Assembly (NCBI GenBank): GCA_025061115.1
Contig: JANZKC010000002.1
Span: forward strand, 448,001 to 512,000
DNA length: 64,000 bases
Direction: 5' to 3'
Source: Candidatus Culexmicrobium cathedralense
GTDB lineage: Archaea > Thermoproteota > Methanomethylicia > Culexarchaeales > Culexmicrobiaceae
The notes under the pieces were generated by a model that was given only the letters and a program-made list of their open reading frames with translations, had not been told where the DNA came from and did no database searches. Each line of letters begins with the position of its first letter. Position 1 is the first letter of the stretch. The translations under genes were made by a program, and so were the position numbers. Shown piece by piece: positions 18,805 to 29,198 of the stretch.

Positions 18805-21311
18805 TAGTTATGAATAGAAGAAGTATTAGTCTCATTCATTTGCTTAGAGAAGGTGTGTCATTTAGAAGATTGTCGGATCCACTTCACATGGGAAAGAGTA
18901 CAGTTCAAGATTGCAAACTTATTATACGATACTCTCATGACCCTGATGGATTGAAAGAGAGCACTAAGTGGCCTATAACGGATGTCTTGTATACTTACTT
19001 GAGACCTTTAAATATTCGCCGACTTACAACTCCCCAAGGAAAGCAGTGGTGCATAATACTTCCTCCTTCACGTAGTCTTTACAGAGTTGAGTACTTTGAT
19101 CATACACGTAGAATAGTTAGAGTTAAACGAGTTCGACATTCAAGTATCAGGCTTAACTTATTAAATTATGTACCATATAAGTGCTATGACGATTCATGGT
19201 TTAACTATCAAACAAGTTCAGGAGTTTGGCGTGCATGTGCTCCTGAATTTATAACTTATATAACATTTGACATGCTACCCGATGCTAATAAGCCTCTATT
19301 ATACTTATGCTGTAGACGGCGCGGTCATAATCTTGAAGTTCTAAATCTCATATACATTTCAAGGCCTACCAAAAGTGTTGAAAGCATACCTGTCACATAC
19401 ACTTATGACTGTAAGTTTGTATGGATAGGAGCATCTAAAAGTGATCTGAAAAGCATGGGCTTCACAGAGCCACCAACAAATTATACAATCGAAGAAGTTT
19501 ACAGTAGAGGTTCGAGAGCAATTTACTTTGAAAGAAGGTATTCTTATGATGATTTGCTTGACAATTCAAGTGTTACTAGAGCTTTGAGATCATATGCTAT
19601 AGTTAAAGTTTATATAGAGCCAGTAAGGGAATTAGGGTATCCACCTGTACTTATCTTGCACATGGATAATGCAGGCTTATATGTGCGTAGAGTTCCTAAG
19701 ATATGCTTTAAAAAAGTTCTTTTAGGCTCCCGTTTAAGAGCAATGATTACAATGCTATCATCAGCACCTATATTCATTAATATGCACACATATCCTCAAA
19801 GAGCTACAATGGGCGGAGGATTAGGTGTAAGAATTATTAATAGCGAAGGATTTGAAATTCTCTTCGAAAAGAGGGCATTTAGAAAACTAATTGAGGGTAT
19901 TGTACTAAGCGATATTAAGTTGTTGAAGACGCTTCTACTAAAATATGTTTTAATAAAATACTGTTATGATAGAAGGGAAGACTATTATGATTTCTTAGCA
20001 ATATCAGACTTAATCCTCACATTAATTCAAGGCGATCCAGAGAATAAGTTAAGGAATTATAGTAAAGCATTATATGCCATAGATGTAGATGAAGTTATAG
20101 CTAATTTGAGGAGAGCACCTGAAGATTATGATCGATTCATAAATTACGTTGTTGAGGTAGCCCTCAACTCATTAGCTCATATTCTTCTAAAAGTAATTAC
20201 AGCGCACACACTTAATACTCAACTGAAAAATTTCACTTTATATGTTGATACTCAGTACAAGGCAAGAATCAATGGAGAGGAAGATGAGTATTACGCTATA
20301 CTGGTCTTGGAAAATTCACATGAAGGCCTAGGCTTTATAGAGCAACTAAGTGCACTACTATCACAAGATACTCAGATAAACATAGTTAAATACATCATAA
20401 AACCCGCTCTTCAAATGTTAATAGATGATAAAACTGGTAAAGACTTCTGCTCCATGCACTATGAAGCTTATAGAAGGAAGGACAAGAGCTTAGTTGATGC
20501 ACTATGCGGCAGAAATCCAGACTTGAATCAACTAAGAGATTACGTGAGAAACCTTGTAAATGAATGGAGAAAGCACTTAAAAATAGATTTTCCATCAGAT
20601 TTCATACGACCCCTACTCCAACACTACCTAAAAATTGTCAATCCATCTCTACGCAGAAAACTTAACACAGATGCATTCCTCCGTGGATCAATACCTCAAG
20701 TCTATAATGTTGAAGTACCATTCTGTTGGGATGGTTGTGAGCAATGCATTAGATTGAGAGACGCTTACTTGTTGACACCAATAGAGCAAATATTCAACTT
20801 ATCCAAAAAACTACTAGTACGTATAATAAATGTACTCTACGATCTACTTGATCCAAGCAAGAAAGCACTCCATAGAACTGGAAGTGGCTTAGGTCAAGAA
20901 GTTTTAAAGCTCTTAAGCTCGGCAAGTACTGAAATAAGGATAATGTGTCCATGGATATCACCTGACATAGCTCAATACTTAATTGATATTGCGCAAAATA
21001 AGGGATTAAAAATAAGAATTATAACACATCCCCCAAGCAGAAATGAACCTCTTCCCCACATAAACGCAGTAAGCATACTCGAAAAGGCAGCTAAACAGTT
21101 AAATATAATTAAAATAGCATACAATGAAAAAATTCATGCAAAAACAATAATTATAGATGATACGTTATTAATAACTGGCTCAATGAACTTAACAAAACGT
21201 GGAACAGAAATAAACATAGAAAGCATAACCATATTCAAATGCAAATCCACAATATACACAAGCATTGTAGATTACGAATTACAGTGGTGGGTTTCATTAA
21301 ATAAAACCTAA
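18801..21311 (+). CDS. DUF1998-like Zn-binding domain fused to a PLD (HKD) nuclease
   Basis: LNSLAHILL...LENSHEGLG...CWDGCEQC, then HAKTIIID-x6-GSMN at the C-terminus. Confidence 0.8.
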   Translation: MIVMNRRSISLIHLLREGVSFRRLSDPLHMGKSTVQDCKLIIRYSHDPDGLKESTKWPITDVLYTYLRPLNIRRLTTPQGKQWCIILPPSRSLYRVEYFDHTRRIVRVKRVRHSSIRLNLLNYVPYKCYDDSWFNYQTSSGVWRACAPEFITYITFDMLPDANKPLLYLCCRRRGHNLEVLNLIYISRPTKSVESIPVTYTYDCKFVWIGASKSDLKSMGFTEPPTNYTIEEVYSRGSRAIYFERRYSYDDLLDNSSVTRALRSYAIVKVYIEPVRELGYPPVLILHMDNAGLYVRRVPKICFKKVLLGSRLRAMITMLSSAPIFINMHTYPQRATMGGGLGVRIINSEGFEILFEKRAFRKLIEGIVLSDIKLLKTLLLKYVLIKYCYDRREDYYDFLAISDLILTLIQGDPENKLRNYSKALYAIDVDEVIANLRRAPEDYDRFINYVVEVALNSLAHILLKVITAHTLNTQLKNFTLYVDTQYKARINGEEDEYYAILVLENSHEGLGFIEQLSALLSQDTQINIVKYIIKPALQMLIDDKTGKDFCSMHYEAYRRKDKSLVDALCGRNPDLNQLRDYVRNLVNEWRKHLKIDFPSDFIRPLLQHYLKIVNPSLRRKLNTDAFLRGSIPQVYNVEVPFCWDGCEQCIRLRDAYLLTPIEQIFNLSKKLLVRIINVLYDLLDPSKKALHRTGSGLGQEVLKLLSSASTEIRIMCPWISPDIAQYLIDIAQNKGLKIRIITHPPSRNEPLPHINAVSILEKAAKQLNIIKIAYNEKIHAKTIIIDDTLLITGSMNLTKRGTEINIESITIFKCKSTIYTSIVDYELQWWVSLNKT

Positions 21312-21436
21312 AACCTCCAAATAAACTCCGGACAAAATCCATGATAAAATCGTCAACCAGTTTAATCACCGCTATATATTTGTTCATAGCTCAATTTCTT
21401 AGAAAAATACTTTGTCTATAGGTTAGGTGAAATAGT

Positions 21437-22751
21437 ATGAGCAAAAATAAAAGTAGAAATGAGTATAAACTAATCTACTTCGTACCACTAATCATAGTAT
21501 TAATAGGTGTCGTAGCATTTTTTATCGTTAATGAAATTCTTAAACCAAAAATAATTGGTGAAGTTGTTGAAGAATTATCATTAACTGAAATTATTCCTAC
21601 TAGTCATGAAGAAGCAATAAAAATTATGCCTAAACTATTCAAGTAAAATTGGGAAAATACTAGTAACCTACTTTGAAGATCAAATACAAACTGGCCCAAT
21701 AATTGACAATGGATATCTAATATTCAAGGAACCAATACCAGTTTACATGAATAGTGGATGGTTAACGATTAAAGTAAAAATACTGGAAGCAGAACCAGAG
21801 GACTACACGTTGATGTGGGTATTTGACAAAAACTATACGATAACATTTGAATGGAGCAAATATTATGTTGGGGCTATACTATTTGAGGGATTAGTAGATA
21901 GGGTTCGTGTAGCTGAATGTTTTAGCATAATAGCACCAAATTTTACATATAGCATTAAATGTCTAGTTCTACCAAAAAGATATCAGCCACCAAGTTTTCC
22001 AGCATTTGGGAAAACCTACACGATAACAATTCCAGCTTGGATTGAATTCAAAGTACACGCTAATACTATTGATGAAATTCTCGAGAACTTACCAGCAATT
22101 CTACGTGATTTAGCTGATGAAGTTGATCAAGGATTTAGTCCACATCAAGCTTTAGAGAGATTATTTGAAAACGCCACTTACGGTAAATTCACGGACAAAT
22201 TCATAGCACTCCTAGTTAAGCGTGCAAGAGTATTTGGCTCACTAAGAGACTCCCTAACTGGAATAGAGCACCTACTACCAGTTCAAGCGAGACTAGCTTT
22301 ATGGCTAATTATTCTGGGGGAGGAATTGGGTGCAACTTCAAGTGTATATCATGAATTAGCAGATGCAATGCACGAATATTATTTGTCATTGAAAAGCTTC
22401 AAGCGTAGCTGCCAAGGATTTAGGTGGATGGCAATTGGACTAGTAGCCCTAACAATAGGTTTAGTAATAACGTTATTCTCAACACTAATTTCAAGAATAA
22501 GCATTATCAGTGAACTAGCATTTAAAGCTGAAGGAATAATTTCATTACCATTCAATATTGCCGGCCTAACACAATTACCAACAATTAAGGATTGGATTTA
22601 CGCATCAGTAGCATTGAATTCAATTGTTCTAGCATTAACAGCAGGTAAAACGCTTGACTGGAGGTTGGGTGGAGCATTTAGGGATGTAGCACTAGTGTCA
22701 ACAATAATACTGTTAGCTCTAATATTCGGCTTAATCTTTAGATTACTATGA
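21437..22751 (+). pseudogene. Frameshifted membrane-anchored gene ending in a TadC/T2SS-F-like domain
   Basis: The frame of 21747-22751 stays open back to the A-run at ~21620 inside the upstream ORF. The C-terminal half has LPAILRDLADEVDQG...ELG and three TM helices. Confidence 0.55.
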
Positions 22752-23109
22752 TTTATGCATTAAATCTTCAATAGTGCTATTGATTTTTGAGATTATTGCT
22801 TCATAAATTTCATCATCACTAGCATTCAAATTGTATGTTGCAAGAAGTTCATCATCACCGAAAATAGAAACTTTACCATTAACAATAACCACAAAAATAC
22901 TCCTCAAATATTCTTCACCCCAAGCTCTATTTGTGAATTTGTGCGTGTGTAAATACTATAGTATCTGAGTCGGTATGTTCATTAGATATTATGAATTTAA
23001 TGATTCACGAACCATGTTAATGTTCATGGTAAGCGAATATATTATAGCATGCTATTCATGAATTCAAGCAACTTAAATACTCTAATGCAGTCTATAAGGG
23101 AATTCATTA

Positions 23110-23538
23110 ATGACTGTTGGAGATAAAAAGATTATTACTAAGAGTGATAAAGTAGCACTACAAGTATTAATTCCTAAAGAGTTGTATGATGAACTCATAA
23201 GAATAGCAATTGAAGAGTATGGTTCAGTGAAGGGTGCAGTTTCAAATTTAGTTGAAAGAGCAATTAGGATATATCTTGGACCTAAAATGCACACACAAAT
23301 ACGCACAAATCCACCCAATAAAATACGCCAAATATACGACAAAGTAATTGAAAGAGTTAAGGAATTGTTAGGTATTGATTTTAAACCATATCATGTTCCA
23401 ACTAAGCTATTTGAGCAGGCAATAGCAATGGAGCGTGGAAGTGATCCAAGAACAATTAGTAAGTGGATTAGCACGTTCAAGAGATTTAAACTAATAAAAT
23501 TCGTAGATCAATACGGGAAAGTATTAGAGCTTCTCTAA
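23110..23538 (+). CDS. RHH plus wHTH DNA-binding protein
   Basis: LQVLIPKELYDEL...VSNLVERAIRIYL (RHH) and SDPRTISKWI (HTH). Confidence 0.7.
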   Translation: MTVGDKKIITKSDKVALQVLIPKELYDELIRIAIEEYGSVKGAVSNLVERAIRIYLGPKMHTQIRTNPPNKIRQIYDKVIERVKELLGIDFKPYHVPTKLFEQAIAMERGSDPRTISKWISTFKRFKLIKFVDQYGKVLELL

Positions 23539-24114
23539 CTAGAGTTTGGGAATATTTCCAAATTTGATAATCTATTAGTTATTTCTTTAGAAACAATCGT
23601 GCAAACCTTTTACTTATTAGTTTAACTCCAAATTTACATGCAACATTAATGAAAGGATTTTGAATTAGATTACACATTGAAGTCTCTTACTTCGTTTAAA
23701 ATCTCTACAAGCCTCCTCCATTGCAATTCTGGCGAGCTCCTATGTGTATGTTGAGTATAATCCATCTTCAACATAGTCATAAATATTCTCGTTGATATGA
23801 TCATGATATCCACATGTTTTATAATCTCTCACACGGCGCTCTAAATAGCTTAGGTGTAATTTGTTTTCATAATCATTGGAATCGTTCCCCACGATGTTGT
23901 CTTTATTTATTTTAACTACATTTCTGTTCGGATAAGAACTTGGACTTAAGTAAGCGGGTTGGTTTTTAACCATTAATTAACACTGTATAGCCCTTATGGT
24001 CAGGAAGATTTTTAATGAGGTACTTTTAAGTTCTAAGACTGTCATCTCATGCAATTAACTTCAGATTTCGCAACTAGCTTTCTAATTTTAATTTAATGAT
24101 TATTTTGTTGAATT

Positions 24115-24612
24115 TTATTTTTGCTTTAGTTGTTTAATCTTGTAGATGTTTAATATTTTGATAGTTAGTAGGTAGAATGGTATGCTTATTATAATTGTTA
24201 TAATTAGTATTTTAATTATTATTTGCGGCTCTCTAATTGCTGCAGTTGCAAGAAAGCCTAACAATATCGTGGGTATGAATCCTCCACTTGATGATAGCAT
24301 TAGGAGTAGCATTTGAATCCAAAATGGAATTCTGTAATTTAAATATATGATGCAGGCAATCATTATTGAAAGCGTAGATATTATGGTTAAAATTAATAGG
24401 ATTATTAGTGATTTAATTGATTTATGAAACTTCATTTTATAAGCTAGGTAAGCATTAATTAAACCGATTATAGATAATGGATTAAATATTGGTGGTACCA
24501 TGAAAAATGACATGATAAAGCTATTTACAATAGCAAGTATAAAAAGTATGTTAACTAGCAGTGGGTTAGGTTTAAGCATTACTATCACTTCACGGCTTTT
24601 TCTTGCCCTCAA
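24115..24612 (-). CDS. Hypothetical multi-pass membrane protein
   Basis: Several hydrophobic segments; adjacent to the upstream ORF. Confidence 0.55.
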   Translation of the reverse strand: MRARKSREVIVMLKPNPLLVNILFILAIVNSFIMSFFMVPPIFNPLSIIGLINAYLAYKMKFHKSIKSLIILLILTIISTLSIMIACIIYLNYRIPFWIQMLLLMLSSSGGFIPTILLGFLATAAIREPQIIIKILIITIIISIPFYLLTIKILNIYKIKQLKQK

Positions 24613-25093
24613 CTATGATGAAGATTTTCCAATTACCTGTTAATAGTTTACTAGATTTTAATTTTAACAAATCACCCCGTCTTAATTCAACATAGTTATC
24701 ATCGCTTTTAATTATTTGATTAACTACATCACCTTGAATCGAATGAATTGCTTCACATAATTGAAAGACGAAACCTATATTGGATTCATTTACAGCTATC
24801 ACTGTAATTTTGTCAATAAGTAATGTATGGTTTTCTTGTACCAGCATCCTTAGTACAAGCTTTCTATATTCTCGATGGGTCATTAGCTCCATTACTTTAG
24901 ATACATCAATTATATCACGGTCACTATGAAGCATTAGATTGCAAGAATCCTTCCAATTGCTTCCCGTCCAAACTTGAACATGCAATCCCGCAGTTGATGT
25001 TAATGAAGGATCAACTTCATAGAATACTCTCAAATATGAAAAATATGCTTCTGAATACCCCATGTGCTCCTCTACAACATCTTCAACTTGCAT
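24590..25093 (-). CDS. Hypothetical protein
   Basis: 167-aa ORF in AT-rich DNA. Confidence 0.5.
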   Translation of the reverse strand: MQVEDVVEEHMGYSEAYFSYLRVFYEVDPSLTSTAGLHVQVWTGSNWKDSCNLMLHSDRDIIDVSKVMELMTHREYRKLVLRMLVQENHTLLIDKITVIAVNESNIGFVFQLCEAIHSIQGDVVNQIIKSDDNYVELRRGDLLKLKSSKLLTGNWKIFIIVEGKKKP

Positions 25094-25283
25094 TAATTTG
25101 CATTTCCATATAATTAAAATAAATATATATTCTCTTGCTCTTGTGCAGCAAATACAGCATCTCTTAAAGCATTATAAATCATTCCGATTGATCTATCTAA
25201 TATTGATGTTTAGATGATTGATGAGCTAAACTATTGAATAGTTTCACTGATTTGAGTGTGGAAAGTTGCATATTTGCTTTAAG

Positions 25284-25790
25284 CTAATCAGCTGAGCTTT
25301 CGAGTAATTTTGTAAAAAGTGTTATGTAATACACTGTTCCTAGTGCGCCCATTAGCATACAAACCGTCATTATGTGTATTGCTAAGCTTGGATTATATAG
25401 TGGATTAATCTTTAGTGGGTAGAGCGGCTTTATGTCACTGTATAATGGTGAGTCCAGCAATACGTGGAGCAGTGTGCCTGAAATTCCTGCCAAACTAAAC
25501 GACTTTAGGCTTAAGGGTTTTTCGGGTATGAGCAGTAGTGCTTTCCATAATGAATTTAAGAGTTTATCTAACGCGAACATGATATAGCCTAAAGCTAAGC
25601 CCAATAATATTGCCGCGATAAGCGTATGCATATATCCGTGAAGCGGATACCTCAGTCTTAGAACAAGAATTAGAAATGGTTCAATGTCAATGATTACGTT
25701 AGCTATTATGAATGTCGGTGCATGCATGCGCTTCTTAAATGCCAATCCTAAAGCCAATCCAGGACCTAAATGGAGAGGAGTGAATGGCAC
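25284..25790 (-). CDS. Membrane metal-dependent hydrolase-like protein (DUF4184/YdjM-like)
   Basis: MPFTPLH, ID, HGYMHT and HVLLD motifs with TM segments. Confidence 0.75.
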   Translation of the reverse strand: MPFTPLHLGPGLALGLAFKKRMHAPTFIIANVIIDIEPFLILVLRLRYPLHGYMHTLIAAILLGLALGYIMFALDKLLNSLWKALLLIPEKPLSLKSFSLAGISGTLLHVLLDSPLYSDIKPLYPLKINPLYNPSLAIHIMTVCMLMGALGTVYYITLFTKLLESSAD

Positions 25791-25939
25791 TTTGATCCCA
25801 GAATTTAATATAAAATTTAATTAACTTAAAGATTTAATAGCAACTACTTCAACTTTACCTCACATGACATTCATTATGTTTAGCAAAATGATAATAAATT
25901 TATTCTTAATATCATCATTAATTTTTAATTGGGATCTAA

Positions 25940-26326
25940 ATGGCTAAAGATAGTAGCAAGACAATGGCCGTTCGCTTGGGTGATAAGAAATATTATGTTT
26001 GTAGTATTGAGGAGGCGCTGAAGAAAAAGTCTGGAACTAGAGTCTGCGTTAAAGGTAGAGTGAAAGGTAAAGTTATCATTGAAGTTAGGCGGGCGGGATG
26101 GCCATTTTCTTGGGGTTCAAGGCATATTGAAAAAGATCATTATCACGTGACGAAGTTTTACTTGGAGAACCTTCAGGTGATTTATGAGGGAATCGCATTA
26201 TTGAAGGATAAAGACGAAGTTAAGGTTTATGGGAAAGTTGAAACCGAAGCGGATCTTGGAAGAGTTTATCGAGTACTGTATGCAGATAGAATAGAGTTGG
26301 ATGACGTAATATATTCCGTAGGCTAA
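25940..26326 (+). CDS. Hypothetical OB-fold-like protein
   Basis: Beta-rich pattern (VCVKGRV...DEVKVYGKV). Confidence 0.55.
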   Translation: MAKDSSKTMAVRLGDKKYYVCSIEEALKKKSGTRVCVKGRVKGKVIIEVRRAGWPFSWGSRHIEKDHYHVTKFYLENLQVIYEGIALLKDKDEVKVYGKVETEADLGRVYRVLYADRIELDDVIYSVG

Positions 26327-26679
26327 CATCCCACTACCCCACCATAAAAAGGAACGTTGAACGTACCGTCATAGCTATGAAGTAAGGACTATAAGTTAAC
26401 TTGCTTTAAAGAACTCTGCTTCAATTCTAACTCTATAACCTTACTTCTTCAACACTGAAACTGCAAGAGCATTATTTGCTATTATCTTGAAATCAGGTTT
26501 AACCTTGCCATATCTCTTAAACTTGAATGCTAGTTATTGCCGAAATACTTTTCAAATCCTTAATTTCAACAATATTTAACAGATAAAATTTGACCATTCA
26601 TACTATGAAATTAAAATTAATGAAATTGAATAGTAAAGATAATTAATAAAATTACTTCTAAATTATTTGAGGTTTAAAA

Positions 26680-28440
26680 ATGATGTGTAAGCACGACCTG
26701 GAAAAGCTGGTTAAAGTTCCAATAGTATTAGGGTTCAGCGCAACTCCAAAAGGCGATGCAATAGCATTTTCATGGAATAAAACTGGAATCTACCAATTGT
26801 ACTTAATAGATGGAAGAGGCATTAGGCAGCTAACCAACAGGGCAGGCTCATGCATTCACCCAGCAATATCCAGGAACGGTGGGTTAGTAGCATATCACTA
26901 CGATGAAATTGGAAGCGAAAATTACTTCATAAATATCCTCAACCTGAAAACCGGCGAGGATTACACGCTCGTTGAAGGCGGGAAGTACTGTAATAGATTT
27001 GCGGAAATATCTCCTGACGGGAAGTGGATTGCCTACACATCTAATAGGGAAGGCGTGTTTCACGTCTATAAAACGAATATTGAAACTGGGGAGACAGTTA
27101 AGCTAACCGACTCGAAACGCCATGACTTTCAACTTTCATGGTCGCCAGATGGAAGGAAAATTGCAGTTTCCAGATTTACGCCAAATGCAACCATCGAGCA
27201 TGAATTAATCCTAGTTGACTCCGAAACTGGTGAAGAAGAAAGTTTGGGTAGGTTTTCAACCAGCTTCACTAAGCCCGATTGGAGAGCTGATGGCAAAGCA
27301 ATACTCTTTCAAAGCGAGGATTCAGGCTACTACAATGTAATTGAAATCGACGTCCAGACCAAGAAGTATAGAGCCATCGACCCAGCGGAGAGGGAGCAAC
27401 ACGATCCGAAATATTCAATTGAAGGGGAAAAGGTTATCTTCACCGAGATAGGTGACATAGGAAACTACATCGTAATTAAGGACTTGAGAAGCGGAGAGAG
27501 AAGAATTTTAAAAGTGGGTTCAGGAGTCCACCACGCAATAGCTCCAGTTGAAAAGGGAATTGTAGCAATATATTCAAGTGGAAGAAGAACACCGGATCTG
27601 TGGCTCATATCTTGGGATGAAAAAGCCAAGCAGCTAACCAACGGCATGCCGGAGGACATCAATGTAAGCGAGCTCGTAGAGCCAAAGGCAGTTAAGTACA
27701 AGTCCCTAAACGGCCTCGAAGTGCCGGCGCTCCTATACGAGCCAGCGGGAGAGAGAATTGCAGGTTTAGTTCACGTTCACGGAGGGCCGACAGCCCAAGT
27801 ACTAAACACTTGGAGCCCAATAATCCAATTCATAGTTGGATGCGGCTTCGTGGTCATAGCACCCAACTTCAGAGGCAGCACAGGCTATGGCAGGAAATTC
27901 AGAGAGCTAAATCGAATGGACTGGGGCGGAGGAGACCTAAAGGACGTAGTAGCAGCTGCAAGATACCTAAAGGAGAAGTATGGAATCGAGAAGGTTGCAG
28001 TCATGGGCGGAAGCTACGGAGGCTACATGACCTTCCTAGCAATGACCAAGTACCCAGACGAGTGGTATGCGGGAGTAAGCATAGTTGGAATAGTCAACTT
28101 GAAAACGCTCTATAAAGGAACTAGAGGAGACCTAAAAACGTACCTCGAATACTTCATGGGAAAGCCGGATGAAAATCTAGAGCTATATGAGGAGAGGAGC
28201 CCAATAAACTACGCTCATCAAATCAAGGCGCCAATACTGATCATCCAAGGAGCCCACGACCCAAGAGTGCCTCTTGAAGAGGCATTCCAAATGGCAGAGA
28301 AGCTGAGGGAGGTCAAGGTTAAGTACAAATTGGTAGTGTACGGCGATGAAGGCCATGGGCTACTAAAAATGTCAAATAGGCTTGAAGCCATCAAAATGAG
28401 TGCAGAATTCCTTCTAAAAGAGGCGAAGGCATCAAAATAA
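26680..28440 (+). CDS. S9 family peptidase (acylaminoacyl peptidase-like)
   Basis: Beta-propeller repeats, HGGP, GGSYGG, DPRV and EGH motifs. Confidence 0.93.
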   Translation: MMCKHDLEKLVKVPIVLGFSATPKGDAIAFSWNKTGIYQLYLIDGRGIRQLTNRAGSCIHPAISRNGGLVAYHYDEIGSENYFINILNLKTGEDYTLVEGGKYCNRFAEISPDGKWIAYTSNREGVFHVYKTNIETGETVKLTDSKRHDFQLSWSPDGRKIAVSRFTPNATIEHELILVDSETGEEESLGRFSTSFTKPDWRADGKAILFQSEDSGYYNVIEIDVQTKKYRAIDPAEREQHDPKYSIEGEKVIFTEIGDIGNYIVIKDLRSGERRILKVGSGVHHAIAPVEKGIVAIYSSGRRTPDLWLISWDEKAKQLTNGMPEDINVSELVEPKAVKYKSLNGLEVPALLYEPAGERIAGLVHVHGGPTAQVLNTWSPIIQFIVGCGFVVIAPNFRGSTGYGRKFRELNRMDWGGGDLKDVVAAARYLKEKYGIEKVAVMGGSYGGYMTFLAMTKYPDEWYAGVSIVGIVNLKTLYKGTRGDLKTYLEYFMGKPDENLELYEERSPINYAHQIKAPILIIQGAHDPRVPLEEAFQMAEKLREVKVKYKLVVYGDEGHGLLKMSNRLEAIKMSAEFLLKEAKASK

Positions 28441-28449
28441 ATGGCGGAA

Positions 28450-28713
28450 AAACATCCAGCGCAGAGAAAGCGCTTCCCATATGACGGCAACTCCAAGAAT
28501 CCATGGCCACTGATATTAATGCATATCACTTTTCTTTACAAATGACGAGTTGGATGCCACAGTACACCTCGTCCCTTTCCCCTCAAAATTGATTGCCCTA
28601 TCTCTATCGCAGCCCTTATGACGTAGCTCGATTCGGCCCTCAGCTTCAATGAGAGGACTTGAAGCGTTAACAGCGCTCTCATCGGCTGGATAAGCCGCTA
28701 CACCTATCAAGCC
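28450..28713 (-). pseudogene. Degenerate C-terminal fragment of a TrpB2-like tryptophan synthase beta gene
   Basis: Across frames: GLIGVAAY...EAEG / AESSYVIRAAIE / * / RKVICINISGHGFLELPSY. Confidence 0.55.
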
Positions 28714-28715
28714 CC

Positions 28716-29195
28716 TCACAAATTCAGCATTACTAAGTATAGCGCTATTGCAGCTGTTCCAATCGACCCAATAGGCGACTGCGTTTCTACGTAAACTGCT
28801 CTTCCTAAACTCAGCTCTCTAGAGCTTAATCCAGGTTCCAATCCTCCAAATACGAGCAGCATTAACTGGCCCATTAAGGCCTTTTCAGCTACTTCCTTTG
28901 GATTGAAAGGCTCCCTGCCATATGGCTTCGGCGCAAAAAGCAAGATCTCATCCGGCTTTAACAGGTCGATTACATCTTGAATGTCAGGCACGAAAATAAG
29001 CTTCTTGCCCATGCGCATAGCAATTTTCTGAGCTTCCGGAACTCCAGTTTGAGCTGCTGTTCCAACCGCCTTCGAAATGACTAGGGTGCTTATCCCCAAG
29101 CCATAGCAGATCTTGGCCATCTCAATTACACGCTGAACGGAGTGAACATTGTGGAGAGCAACTATGATGTTTCTAGCAGCGTCCAAGCACCTCAA
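28716..29195 (-). CDS. DUF2122-like ('RecB-family nuclease', SPOUT-like) protein
   Basis: LHNVHSVQRVIEMAK, AAQTGVPEAQK and FGGLEPGLS motifs. Confidence 0.7.
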   Translation of the reverse strand: MRCLDAARNIIVALHNVHSVQRVIEMAKICYGLGISTLVISKAVGTAAQTGVPEAQKIAMRMGKKLIFVPDIQDVIDLLKPDEILLFAPKPYGREPFNPKEVAEKALMGQLMLLVFGGLEPGLSSRELSLGRAVYVETQSPIGSIGTAAIALYLVMLNL

Positions 29196-29198
29196 CCC

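Larger units (their letters stand above)
10979..26344. mobile_element. AT-rich integrated island at tRNA-Val(GAC); right boundary tentative
   Basis: Integrase adjacent to the tRNA, visible drop in GC, and a degenerate copy of the tRNA 3' end at 26328-26344. Confidence 0.7.

Noticed and set aside
23740-23973. 77-aa minus-strand ORF in the island
   Set aside because: It has no motif and could be a decayed fragment; not supportable as a gene.
28480-28517. C/D-like ATGAC...CTGA motif
   Set aside because: It is too short, lacks internal boxes and lies within the trpB2-like remnant.
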